A stretch of 64,000 nucleotides of DNA, from the NCBI RefSeq assembly GCF_006345805.1, contig NC_042997.1:7440001-7504000 (forward strand), written 5' to 3'. The position numbers and the translations under genes are program-made. The notes under the pieces are model-generated. The model saw only the letters and a program-made list of their open reading frames with translations, searched no databases and was not told where the DNA came from. Source of the stretch: Octopus sinensis (Eukaryota). This document shows positions 1 through 12,843 of this stretch, in pieces. Positions within the stretch are counted from its first letter, which is position 1. Each line of letters begins with the position of its first letter.

Positions 1-1800
1 GGAACTCATCCTACGAGCTATATCGACCTTATTATTGATGTGTGCACTCCAACTGAGATCGGCATCAACAATTACAACCACGTCTCTGATATTGTTAGAG
101 GTTGTGATCGGTTCTCCTGAAGGAAGAGAGTATGGCTGTTTTAGTGAGGAATATCTTCCAAAATGCATGAGCTCAAATTTTTCCTCGTTCAGTTGCATTT
201 TGTTTCTATCTGCCCATTGACTCACAACATATAGATCGGACTGGAGTTGAGTTCGGTCTGCTTCTTCATTGACGATTTGTTGGAGCTTAGTGCCATCATC
301 AAATATTTTCACTTTGCAGTAATGTACGACACAGGAAAGGTCGTTTATGTAAATTGTAAAGAGTAGCGGACCCAAGACAGTCCCCTGGGGGGACACCGCT
401 GGTAACTTTTGCTGGGCTTGAGTGGACTCCATCAACTACATGTTGTGTTCTATTCGCCAGGAAATACTTGATGTAGAGCACAGGAAATCTGATGTAGAAC
501 ATTGGCCTAACTTCAGAGTATTTGTGGGCCAGTTAACATGAGGGAGGTTAAAATCACCCATCACTAGTATGCAACCAGAGTTGTACTTCCGAAGGAAGGA
601 CTTGACTTTGCTAAGGCACTCTTCAAAGCACTTTAGAGGTGCTTGGGGAGGCCTGTAAAGACCAACAAATATTATGTCCTTGGCCTTGCTGAAGAGTGAT
701 ACAGAAAATATGTCCTTGGCATGAAGTGAAAAGGAGCCATGGATAAAGATGGCTGTCCCTCCCTTATTTCGTTTTGTGCGAGCCGCACGAACAATGGTGA
801 AATGTTTTATTTTCACCTCGGCGTCCATATGGGTGTTGTTCAGGTGAGTCTCGGCAAGGATAAAGAAAGGGAATCAATGTGCCATTTCGGCAAGCCAACT
901 CTCTATATATGGGATCTTCCATTTCTGGACAATGATTGATGGGTTGATGCCACGTACATTTAACAGGAATGTCGAGGTAAGAGAAGTTTGATGTTTGCAT
1001 TGTTCTAAGTTATGTTTTATGTTGTTCAGTGGTAACAATGTGGGTAGTTCTTGTATGGAGCTGTGTGTGTATGATTTTCTTGTTGGTAGTGGGTGTGTGG
1101 TCCTTGTGATTTGCATAGGGGGTTGCTGATAGCTCGTTGGATCTCCTGGTTAAGTCGGCCTTCATATATTCTAGGTAAGTCAGTAAAAAAGAGTTAGCTC
1201 TTTGGTTTGCCACTTGGTCAGAGGATACATATTTCATGTTTATGCTATTTGGTGTTATGGCTTTTTCATGGTTCCGTCTTCGTTGTTCGATTGTAGAAGG
1301 GGAAACGTGGTTGTACTTTGTTTTTGTTGCTGTTGTTGTCGTAGATCTCCTCTGTTGCTGTGTATATTTATTTTGCGATCGTTTTGTGCCCTTCAGATGG
1401 TAATGGTAGACTTCTGGGTTCAGGCATATCCTTAGTGACACACAAGAGTGGCATAGTTTAGGATGGAAGAAGGTGCATCCATTGCCTTGTGTGCATCCAT
1501 ATTTGGGATCAGGACCATGGATTCTGTATTTAGGACAGTGTTTGGGGTGGAGGTGAGGGCAGTTTTTTCCCGTTATACCATATGGACAGGTGCCCTTAAC
1601 AAGTCTACGACATAAGGTAGGATGGAAAAAGGCACAGCGTCCCTTGTTGTTGGAGCCGCTGGGGCCAAATCTACAGTTGCCTTGAGAATAGTAACGGCAG
1701 GGTGTTTGATATGGGTGAAGTAGTGGTTTTTTCTATTCTGGCTGTAGTAGCAGTAGCAGAGTGTTGTTCTTGTTGTTGCTGTAGCAGCAACGAAACTTGA
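1..1800 (-). mobile_element. Decayed CR1/L2-group LINE: ORF1 with CCCH fingers, AP endonuclease and partial RT; internally deleted and running off the window edge
   Basis: Minus-strand translations give APE motifs (LLNVRGIN, GGTAIF, GLYRPP, VMGDFNLPHVNW; ~500-960). RT motifs are VTSGVP, GTVLGPLLFTIYINDL, FDDGTKL (ADD-like) and LQSDL..V.QWA..NKMQLNEEKF (1-470). Frameshifts are present. Confidence 0.88.
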
Positions 1801-2561
1801 CTGGGTGGAATATATATATATATATATATACATAGAGAGAGACAGAGAAAGAGAGAGAGAGAGATGTTTGTGTATATATATGAAGTGCACATCTCAGTGA
1901 TTAGAGTGTCGAGTTCACAATCATGAGGTAGATACTTCGAACCCCGGACCAGGGTGTGTGTCGTATTCTTGAACAAGATACTTTAATTTATTCATCTGTA
2001 GAAATGAGCTCCGGCGTCATTGGTTCCACGTTATATCGATAACATCATGTTTTTCCACATACATCGCTGTGCTGAAAACTTCCTGGCTTTGAGTAAAAAA
2101 TATATATAGGAGCATTAGTTAATTATTATCGCATTCCACAAATTACTCTCAGAGTCACACAGTTACTGTTACGGCGCTTCAGAATTTTCTAAGCCTTGTA
2201 AAAGAACTCGGAAGTTGGTCCTCCAGACAGGCCTCTCGTGATATCCTTAAAGCCATATGCATATATGCATATATACATACATACCTATATACATACCTAT
2301 ATATATATATATATATAATGAATAATAATACAGGGTACAAATAATTAATCATTTAATAATTAATAATTTTACCAAGTAGTTCGGTATATTAAAAGAACCA
2401 TTTTCAGTAAACTTATAAAAAAATTTATAATTGTAAGCATAATTATAATTTGGGTTCAACAAAATTTGCTTCACTACATACCGAAATGTAGAAGTAGCAG
2501 TTAAAATACTATTCTACTACCATAAGATATCTCCCAGAGAGCAATACTTTCATATATATAT

Positions 2562-3449
2562 TTTATTCTCCGTTTCAGTCATTTGATAGTGCCATGGTGG
2601 ACTACTGCCTTTAGTCGAACTGATCGACCCCAGGACTTATTATTTGTAAGACTAGTACTTATTCTATCCGTTTCTTTTGCCGAACCGCTTAGTTACGGGA
2701 ACATAAACACTCCAGCATCTGTTGTCAAACGAAGTTGGGGGGATGCACAAACACAGGCACCAAATCATATATGTATGTATATATATATAAATAAATTAAA
2801 AGGCTTCCAAATAAAGAAGCGAGTGCTAGGTACACAAAAAGGGGATGTTTAAATATTGCTCGATAAATTTGCTCGTAAATTTTTACCGGCATCCTCTCTG
2901 TCGCCGGTATGATTTGCATCTGCGCACTGGTCTGAAAAGTTAGGGTATACAGATCGTTAGATTTGCACGTGCTTCTAACGGTATGTACCGCTCGGATAAC
3001 AAAGGCTTCCTGCTGACGATTCTGGCCTTGGCAGATAAATTCTATTCATTAGCGAAAAAAGATGAAACTGCAGTACAAGATTAGCGAAGTTGGTAAACGT
3101 TTTTGATTTTCATTCCATTTCATGAATTTATCCCCTTTTTGTGTATCTAGCACTCGCTTCTTTATTTGGAAGCCTTTTAATGTATTTATATATGAATAAC
3201 GTATAGTCTAATGACTAATTCGTCTTTTGTGCTAGGTCATTGGTAATAATAATATATTTTATTACCCAATTTACTATGTTTATATATATATATATATATA
3301 TATATACGTCTACCAAATCCACTTACAAAGCTGCGGTCGGCCCGAGGCTATAGTTGAAGACACTTAACCACGGTGCCACGCAGTGGGACTGAAGCCGGAA
3401 ACATGTGATTGGTGAGCAAGCTACTTACCACACTGCTACGCCTGCACCT
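2562..3449 (-). mobile_element. tRNA/CORE-type SINE, split by a MITE inserted in its central (TA)n tract
   Basis: The 3' half (2562-2760) and the head (3305-3449) both match the uninterrupted copy at 42957-43450, which has an A/B-box-like head and a CORE-like 'gcactttgggcaagtgtctt' segment. Confidence 0.85.
2800..3176. mobile_element. Non-autonomous DNA transposon (MITE), ~47-bp TIRs, TTAA flanks (Kolobok-like termini)
   Basis: 2800-2846 (aaggcttccaaataaagaagcgagtgctaggtacacaaaaaggggat) is the reverse complement of 3130-3176 with one mismatch. TTAA lies at 2796-2799 and 3177-3180. Confidence 0.85.
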
Positions 3450-3489
3450 ACATATATATATATATATTATATATATATATATATATATA

Positions 3490-3548
<59 letters not shown>

Positions 3549-4512
3549 ATGTATATATATATATGCATGTATATACTTATACCTATTATTTAATACATCT
3601 ATAATCACATACATATAGATATATTCTTTTATGAATGTACATATACATTTACGTTCACACATCATATCATCGTCAATAGGAGATGTAGTCAGAATTTCCT
3701 TAACTATTATAGAGTGTAGCGTATCCGCTGCACCTACAAAGACAGCAACAGCGAATGTGACGTGAATTTCTCAGAAATGATAATGTGTCATGAATTCATT
3801 TCGTTTTGACTGCTAGCATGCCACTTGAGGGTGAATACTGGGTGAATTCTCTTGGTAAGGTCTTAGAAGCTGAAGGAAGCGAAATTCTTTGTAGGGGTGT
3901 GTTAAAATGAGGTAATGGATAAAACATGAATGGTACAGATAATGTTAGAGACATTATCTGTACAGACAGACTGCAGACAGACTGCGACAGAGTGAAATGG
4001 TGAAGGCAATGGTGAAAGATGCCTTCTTCCTGTTAGTAAGCAACAAATGATACGTCTGGCAGTGGGAGCGACACATGAGGGATGGGAACTCAATGGCTAG
4101 CAGCACAAATTGTGACGTTTGCTTTCATCGGTAGAGGAAGAAAGAGAAGAGTATAAAAGATAGAGTGGGGAGAGAGAAAGAGAGGGACAGTGATTTATAT
4201 AGATGGGTGATCCAAAGTGATATTAATTCACGAGTGATGAATCAAATAATTTCAAACTTAGCATGCTAAATGTATACTAATGTGGTATACCGCCAGTTCT
4301 CATGTGCGTGCTCGTTACACGGACAAAATTGTGAGAAGATAAAAAGCTAGCGTGTTAAAGATGTTTGTATGGAAATTTAATATGAAAAACCTCATTTTTT
4401 TGTCTTAGGACTGGATATAAGAAAGTGCACGTAATAGAGAGAACTAACGACATCGAAGAATCTGTAGAATGTATTTGGAGAGTAAGGAGAAATATAAGCA
4501 GGGGAGTGATGG

Positions 4513-4555
<43 letters not shown>

Positions 4556-5799
4556 ATATATATATACATATATACATATATCCGGACTACTTCTGCAAAT
4601 ATTTTGGGTTTCACTAATATGTATGTACATGTATATACATATTCCTAAACGCAACACCATGATAGGACTCTCAGTATGAAAATGTCTTACGCACTTACAT
4701 GAAGTCATATAGAAAGAATGTGTGTGTATCTAAGTGCTTATTTTCTTGTATCTAACTGGCTCTTTTTGATAAGCGAAATCTATTTCCAAAGAGAATAGTA
4801 GTGAAATATGAGATAACGTTTGATTAATGGCAACATTTGTTAACTCGGGTTTAAATTAGGAAGTTTTAGACCATAATTTTTGCACCGAAATAATCATGAG
4901 ATAACATTTTCAGTTTATCTTAAGTACAACAATTTCGGATATTTTTCTTTTTTCTCTCCATTGGAGATTCTATCCAATCTTGTCACTTTTTTATTGTCAC
5001 ATATGTTACATATTTGTTACAAGTAATTATATTGCCCCACTGAACCAAGTTAACTGATAAGCTTCTTTGTTCAATATCATTTTACTTACGGCTTCCACTT
5101 GAAATTAATGCAAGCTTGTTTTGTTTGCTTTTTGCTGTAGTAAGTTACATTTTGTTAGATTTTATTGATTAGAAATTTATTGATTGAAAAATATCCTAAG
5201 CATGACTTATCATACAAAAGATAAAAAATAAAACTCAACTGAGTATAGTTGAAAACTACTAAGCTGTTTTACGTAAAAATTTAGTAATTACAAGGGCAGC
5301 TGCAGATTTCATTGTGTAAAAATGAAATAACTTGCATCAAACGATTCAACGGTATTTAAATAAATTATGTTTCCTCATATCAAATGGAATTTAAATATTA
5401 AAGAATATTTAAGACATTTCATGCTCAAGTATTGTATATTCTTTTATTGGAATACGTATTTGAATAAATGAGGTCTTTAAACGCTAGTTCACTCTGTGTT
5501 TTGTATTTTCGTTACCTTTTAGTTGACAATGGGACAATAACTCAACATCATTTTTATTTATATTTTTACAGTGTCACTATATTACTGAAGATGTATACAA
5601 GATTTTTTCCGTATATTTATAGTATAATTGCGAAAGCTAGGTAACATATTTTCAGATTATTTATGCATTTATGGCGCCACAGAACATACTCACTTTTCTT
5701 CATAATACAAATAATTTAATATTGGAATATAATAAAATATACTAGTTAAATAATTGCTGTAGTCTAACAAGGGCTGAACGAAGGAAAGGAACACACCCC

Positions 5800-6330
5800 T
5801 ATTATGGAACAATACTTAGAGTAAATGAGACACTATTAACATACGATGTCTTGCAAACAACTTGCACACGCCAGTGCTACCGGAAGCCAGCAAGATTATG
5901 GGGTCATCAGGAGAGAATGCGCGCCGTTTCGAGGCCTACCTCTCGACAGCATCAATGCGCACCGGCCCCCTCACTGATATAAGGCCCCGCTTGCTAGATC
6001 AGCTGGTTATCAAATCAAGCTCAATATCTTTCTAACCATCGTTCATCGTCTCTTTTTAACCAAATCCAGTGGCTAGCCTTCCCCACTGTAGATTGGATAT
6101 CAGTCATGGTGGTATTGACTTTACGATGAGTTAGGCCTAGCGATAACAACAGTCGTCTCACACTGTGCCCAACGAACCCTCTAGTTCCGACTTCGGTTGG
6201 AAAATGTTCCGCTTTCCAGCCTGCGTCTTCACATTCCTCGAGGAGGTTTACATAACGGTTAAATTTTCGAACCCGAGCCGCGTCCATATTATCTTCATGA
6301 GGAACCGTTAACTCCACAGATTAGGAAGTA
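5800..6330 (-). mobile_element. 5'-truncated HERO-like non-LTR retrotransposon: C-terminal restriction-like endonuclease plus 3' UTR
   Basis: ORF 6021-6317 reads ELTVPHEDNM..A..RK..RY..L.EEC...GW.....EVGTRGF.......ASHWIWLKR, which matches the RLE C-terminus typical of HERO-clade elements. Confidence 0.8.
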
Positions 6331-8149
6331 GTGTTAGTAAGATGTGTGCAGATTTCAATGTCGGTAAAATTTAACAAATGATGTCGATAAAACTAAAAAG
6401 TAAAATAAAAAGATGAATGATAAATAAAAGACAAAATCAAGATAGTGGTGATAAGCGCGAGGTGGTCGCTGTACTACTCATGCTGATCATGAGGATACTA
6501 AAGTTTCTAAACTCCCGAATGAAACATTTTAAGTCGATTTGAAACATAGATACTGATATTAAAATGATTGTTCGCTTATAAACAATTATATTGAGATTTA
6601 GAAAGCCTTAAAGTTTACAAGCATTCATTGTAATAATGTTTAAGATTTATTTTAATCTAATTTTGCTATTTTGATGAAAATGCAAAACGCAATATTGTAG
6701 AATAAACAGCGGGACACATAAATTCAGTAAGATATTATCGACGCAACATGTGAAAATGAATGAAATGCGTTAGAGCATTTCATGCTATGCCTAATGTTTG
6801 TTGTTTAATTATCGGTTTTACCATTTATCATTTGAAGCATAAATCATGAAACCTGTACCAGTAACATATAATATTTGTTCTAGGAAGTGATTTTCCTTTA
6901 TTCGAAGCAATGACATTTTGCTCATATAAATAAACTCATGTCATTAAGGAATATTAACTAAATTATGAATATTTTAATCATTTTCAAAGAGAAATGTAAT
7001 GACAGATCACGAATTTAATAAAACAAACACCGCTACACATACGCGGATTCAAAGGCAGTGATCTGCTGCGTAATAGATATTTCTAGAATTCATAAGGACT
7101 ATATTTATTCAAAATGTAATTCAAATTTGTTGAGATCGGCATTCGAATATTTGAATAATAACACACGAGAATTCTTCAAATACACATTTGTGCACACATC
7201 TCCAATGTTTTCATATATCTAAAGGCCAAACCACATCTGTGTTCTTCAGTAGCATAGTTTAAATTGTTACCATGATATAAAATGCAATATTAGTAAGCAA
7301 TATTTAATACTGCTTATGATAAAATTAACCATTTCTATATATGTTGTTCTGCTAGCTGATGAACACTTTCAAGCAATTCTAAATGTTCGAAGAAATTAAT
7401 AATTCATTCAAAGTGCAAAAGATAATTATTACTATCATTTTAATTCTGTATTGTATGTCAGGTAAGATAGTGTTGTATGAAGCGTATTCGATTCATCAAA
7501 AGATCAGGGCAAAGCAAATGATTCCGTAGCTTCTCGCAACCTTATTTAATTTTTCTAGCATGAAATAATATTTCGGGTAATAAATACTTTCCTGTCACTC
7601 ACGCAATAATTTAGGAAAATTACCAGCATTATATATCATGATTAATCTCACTGAATTAGTTGATGTATGGTGTTAGATTATGGAGGATGTTACGTGAAAT
7701 TTAATGACAGATTGTCATTTGAAGATTGCGGTTACTTCCGGGGAAGGTATAGACAAAAGAATCTATGGCAGCATTTGGGTGTTTTAACATTGTTTCACAT
7801 TCTATAAATATGCATGTAGTACGAAACATAACATCCAAAAGAAATAACTTGGTGGAATCAGAATGTTTCGTTGTAAATATATGATTAGTAGTAGCATTGG
7901 ATGTTGGTAGTTATATTTATTTTGTAACAACGTGAGCTCTATTTCTGTAAGTGTTTTACATATAGATACATGTATAACTATCTATATATCAACGTATATG
8001 TGTGTGTTGTGTGTGTGTATGTGTGTGTGTGTGTATCTGTGTGCGTGTGCTAATTCAAGTCACACTTTGATAATAAAACATGTTGAACTAGGAAGTGTGT
8101 TTAAATCAGTCCGCGCGGTGGGGTTTATTTTACTCCTCAGCCTAATCAA

Positions 8150-8730
8150 AGAATAGCTCTCTCCTCATAATTGAAGTGCAAACTTGCAACCAAACATTGC
8201 CTTGGTACAATCATCATAAGTGATGATGGGTCGCTTCTGCATCATCATATGCAATTGAAACGGAATCGAAAACGGTTAGTGCCTAATGAAACATGTGTGC
8301 CCATTCACAAAACAAGACAACACCCGAAAAATTTTGTTGATTTGTGGTTTCGACTGTTATGAGCTATTAAACCAAATGAAACTGTTAATGCGGAGTAGCA
8401 TTGGCCAATAGAAATCATGGCAATTGTCGAACAAAAAAACGCTCGTCATGGCTGTATCGTGAAGATGTGCTGCTCTTACATGATAACACAAGACCACATA
8501 TTGTGTAAGTCACTGAGGGCACTAAATATGGACATTTTGCCTCATCTCCCAACGTATCATCATCTTGCTCCTCTGACTCTCATCTTTTCAGGTCATTGCA
8601 ACTTTATTCAAAGGAAAAAGAGCTACTTAAGTGTGAAGTGACAGAAAATGATATCCAGTGATTCTTTCCTTCGAAATCTGAGGAATTTTGAGCTTGAGCG
8701 ATAATCAGATTGCTTGATAGATGAGTTTAT
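8150..8730 (+). mobile_element. Degenerate mariner (DD34D-type) transposase fragment
   Basis: HDNTRPH at 8479-8499, then LPHLPTY..LAP and SDSHLFRSL (from 8572). These correspond to the mariner HDNARPH and YSPDLAPSDYHLF motifs, with frameshifts. Confidence 0.75.
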
Positions 8731-9107
8731 ATTGTTGATAACAGGAGGGTTTGAATATATTGTCTAGGTTAAATATATCAGTCAAGACCAAAGAAGCATT
8801 TGTTTGTTGCCCGTCTTGAAATGCATCAAGATATGCTTTCTAGGTAAATAGATAATGTATTGTTACAAATTTACTTACACATATTTTGTGTTAAGTCGTC
8901 AATGTGTGCGCGCGTGTGATTTTGTGCGTACGTTCATGTTCGTGTGTGTATGCATATACATATGTATGCATGTATTTATGTATATATGTCTGTGGGTGTG
9001 CTGATAAATTTCAATAAACAGGAAATAGAGAAAACTATGATCAACAAACTAATTGAACTATATCGGTTGAGTACTTTTTAATACAAAACATGACATATCT
9101 TTTCTTA

Positions 9108-9638
9108 CAGCCGTTTCCGCTGAAAATGTCAGTCGGTGCTTACGAAAGGAATTCCGAAAATAATATTCGCCATATTCATAGCTCATTCTATTTCATACAC
9201 GGAGCTGATCAGAGTGAATATAAATGCATAAAATAAAATAAACGAAGGGAAGAGAGAAAAGGAAAGAATAGGGCCTCAAGATGAGGACAGAATGTTCAAT
9301 ATACTATAATCATACCATCTTGCAACGTGGAGCTTGAAGCCGATGGTCAAAATAGTGAACTAGCAGTACTTTACTACCAGTTTTATTTCACTACTATTTA
9401 CATACTCTGGTTCCCCTTTATAAAGAGATAGCCCATAAACATTTTCCTACATCACTGCTAGTTCGCTCTGTTGTCTATCGGCTTCAAGTTCCAAGCTGCA
9501 AGATTGTATTATTCTAATATATTGAGCCTTCTGGCCTCATCTCAAGGCCCTGTTCATTCTTGTGCTATGAAAATGGCGAATATTATTTTCGGAATTTCTT
9601 TCGTAAACACCGACTGATATTGGCAGCAGAAACGGCCG
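9108..9638. mobile_element. Fold-back MITE with long imperfect TIRs and TA flanks (Tc1/mariner-type)
   Basis: The left arm (9108-~9370, containing a ~100-bp extra block) is the inverted complement of the right arm (~9452-9638). Termini are TA|CAGCCGTTTC and GAAACGGCCG|TA. Confidence 0.8.
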
Positions 9639-9769
9639 TATGAAATGTTATGCCCTATTTTGTATTTGATAGTCAATTTGATAGTCAATTTGTTCATGAA
9701 ACGATTTCTGTATTTTCTGCTTATTTAAATTTGATTTCTGATAAACATTTGTTTATTCTGTTGCTATCT

Positions 9770-9872
9770 GTACCCTAGGAGTAGAGTTTCCTTGCTTACC
9801 CATGCCCAGGGATAGCATAGGTTAATGATACCGATAGTTAAAACGGATATTATTAACACTTAGCCGGTTATC
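9770..9872 (+). repeat. Fragment of the internal region of the MITE family at 11159-11513
   Basis: The sequence 'gcttacc.atgccca.ggatagcataggt..atgataccgatagt.aaaacggatattattaac' is shared with ~11290-11370. Confidence 0.75.
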
Positions 9873-9929
9873 CCAACCTTTAATTTTCCATACCTATATA
9901 TATATATGTGTGTGTGTGTATGTGTGTGT

Positions 9930-9962
<33 letters not shown>

Positions 9963-10058
9963 AGTGTGTGTAATTCCTCTACAACATTGTAATGCCAACT
10001 GCCGATAGCAGCTTATTTTGGTTCGCACCGAGCCGATAAAATGTAGGATGATGATGAT

Positions 10059-10089
<31 letters not shown>

Positions 10090-10108
10090 TAATATAATAA
10101 TAATAATA

Positions 10109-10146
<38 letters not shown>

Positions 10147-10147
<1 letters not shown>

Positions 10148-10634
10148 GTATAAAAGATGGGCTACAGTATAAAAGATGGGCTACAGCAAATATTCTGCTC
10201 AATACCACAGATTTGCTTGTCAGTCGTTTGACCTTAACCAGTTGAGCATGTCCCTTAGTGGCTGACGATATGTGCATCTCTGATCACGAGCAGAAGTAGT
10301 GGGGGAGCATCATAGCCATGTGTGAGAGGGATTCTTTGGGGTTTGAATAATTCACCTCTGGAAACACGAGTGGTTCTTTCAACATCCTTAAACAATCCTT
10401 ATTCAGGGACCTTTTGAGCGGGATGGGCTACTCAACCTGAAGAAAATTCTAACTGGGCCCCACCTGCAAGGTCATATGCTGTTTATCTTGATATGAGATC
10501 ACCATGTCGCGCACATATGGTTGTGATGCATGTGCCTGGTGTACCTTTATCAGACGGGTAGTCATGATGGGTATATTGGGCTTCGTATATTTTACCCCAG
10601 TGTCACTTTGATGGCATGAACTGCTCTCTCACTC
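10147..10634 (+). mobile_element. Non-coding retroposon-like repeat embedded in (AAT)n (family not assigned)
   Basis: A 490-bp non-microsatellite block flanked on both sides by (AAT)n. It ends in ctctcactc-(AAT)n and starts with a 19-bp tandem duplication. Confidence 0.55.
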
Positions 10635-11108
10635 AATAATAATAATAATAATATTAATAATAATAATAATGATAATTATAATAATAATAATAATAAAGAT
10701 AATGCGCAGGAGGAGGAGGAGGGTGGCGATGATGATGATGATGATAATAATCATTGGGTGGAATTTATACATATCTCAATGCATCGCTATGCGCGTTCAA
10801 TGAATAACGTATTTCTTAAGATATTAGACCGTATTCCTGGGGTGATTCCGTAGTATCCATGACTATCGTGTAGATCATGAACATGAATGCATTAACTTGA
10901 TCTAGTCAATGACCATGAATACTACTAATTGCACTGTAATAATCTCAGGAATACGGATTATGATCTTAAGAAACATGTGATTTGTGGAAACGCGCGTAGC
11001 AATGCATTGAATTATTTAGAAGTTCAATCCAACGATTAGTACTATACACATATAGATATTTATATTTTATAGGATATATTAGTATTATGACTATATATAT
11101 ATTATATA

Positions 11109-11155
<47 letters not shown>

Positions 11156-11158
11156 TAA

Positions 11159-11513
11159 GGGTTAAAACCACTATGTGGACAGCCATATGCTAGAAATAGA
11201 TCACCTACGATCAAACTACAAAGAAAGAATGTTCTCTAGAGAAACTTTGTTTATTCTGTTGCTATATGTACCCTATGGGCATAGTGTGCTTGCTTACCTA
11301 TGCCCAAGGATAGCATAGGTAGATGATACCGATAGTAAAAACGGATATTATTAACCCATAGCCGGTCATTCAGTAAATTCAGCGGACACCAGAGCAATAG
11401 TCGGCCAAGACAGGTGTCCGCTGAATTTTCCCTAGAGAACATTCTTTCTTTGTAGTTTGATCGTAGGTGATCTATTTCTAGCATATGGCTGTCCACATAG
11501 TGGTTTTTAGCTC
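11159..11513. mobile_element. MITE with ~81-bp TIRs and TTAA flanks (Kolobok-like termini)
   Basis: 11164-11239 is an exact 76-bp reverse complement within the right arm (11432-11513). TTAA lies at 11155-11158 and 11514-11517. Termini are GG...TC. Confidence 0.88.
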
Positions 11514-11631
11514 TTAAAATATACACATGTATTAGAATTTTCTCTGATTTTTCAGATATTTTTATGCTAGTCTACTGGTTTAAATTGATATTAATTAAAT
11601 TAATATTCAATTTATCTCCCTCATTATTTAA

Positions 11632-11703
<72 letters not shown>

Positions 11704-12551
11704 TATATATATTATATATATATATATATATATAGATACATATAGCCTACTCCACAATATAGCAAATTATAATCTCTTAGGTTTCTCCAAAGCGGTTGAC
11801 ATTTTGCTTTGTCCAGGCAGGCACTCCGCATTAGCACATCTCAATGTCCCAATCTTCATCTTTATTCCCAGCACCGCTAAGTATATCTTTTGTCTTTCGA
11901 GATATCAGTTCCTGCTTGCGTTGGAAATAAGGGCCCAAACTTCATTATTCACTTGAAAACATTGGAATAATGCACATACCCACACACAAACACCTCTCCA
12001 CCCAGTATATTCGTGTGGGCAGGTATCTCATTAGGTTTATGTGGAACATATTTATAGTAGGGTGAGAGAGGTAACTCAGAGAAAGATTAGCAGTGACCTC
12101 CGTAACCCTAAACATGTACACCTGCTCTGTGGTTAACATAAGCATAATGAATGAAGCAATCCCACGATGTAGTGTCTAAGAACTAGAAGCTAGCATTATG
12201 GAGAACATCCCGCAAATAGCTAATTCCAGCCAACCAGAGTTTTAAATGTATAGTAGATTACTCTAGCAAGGAATTCACCTATAGTCTACCGGACTTCGTC
12301 ACGGAGATCTGTCGGGAATCTAAGAATAATAAAGTCCAGATGCCGTATTCCCACAATGCCAAACGCATGGCCTAAAAACTTCTGCTCCACAAAAACGCAG
12401 CTATATGTATGTATGTATGTATGCATGTATGTACGTACGTATGTATGTATATATAAACATATGTATATATATATAAATATATATATATATATGTGTTATA
12501 TATATATATATTAATATATATGTAATATATATATATAATATATATTATATA

Positions 12552-12596
<45 letters not shown>

Positions 12597-12758
12597 GTAC
12601 ATATATATATGAATGTATATATGTATGTACATGTATGTTTATATACATGTATATGTATGTTTATATGTAGTATATACAATGTAATATATTAATAATATTG
12701 GATATGGAATGTGTATTAGACTTTTATTAAGTACAAGATGTTTCGTCCAATCGCTCTG

Positions 12759-12843
<85 letters not shown>

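Noticed and set aside
2150-2195. Hammerhead-like string on the minus strand (ctgaagcg-cc-gtaa-cag-taa-ctg-tg)
   Set aside because: Three core positions deviate and no stem I can form. At best it is a dead relic.
3933-3963. Perfect 13-bp hairpin (gtacagataatgt-tagag-acattatctgtac)
   Set aside because: It is short, isolated and has no context suggesting function.
4409-5640. Three phase-compatible plus-strand mini-exon candidates (4409-4481, 4967-5022, 5572-5640)
   Set aside because: One acceptor is weak (GAG) and the product is unrecognisable. Comparable candidates appear on both strands elsewhere (for example 7677-7746, 18439-18480, 49829-49972, ~50040-50075), so chance is a sufficient explanation.
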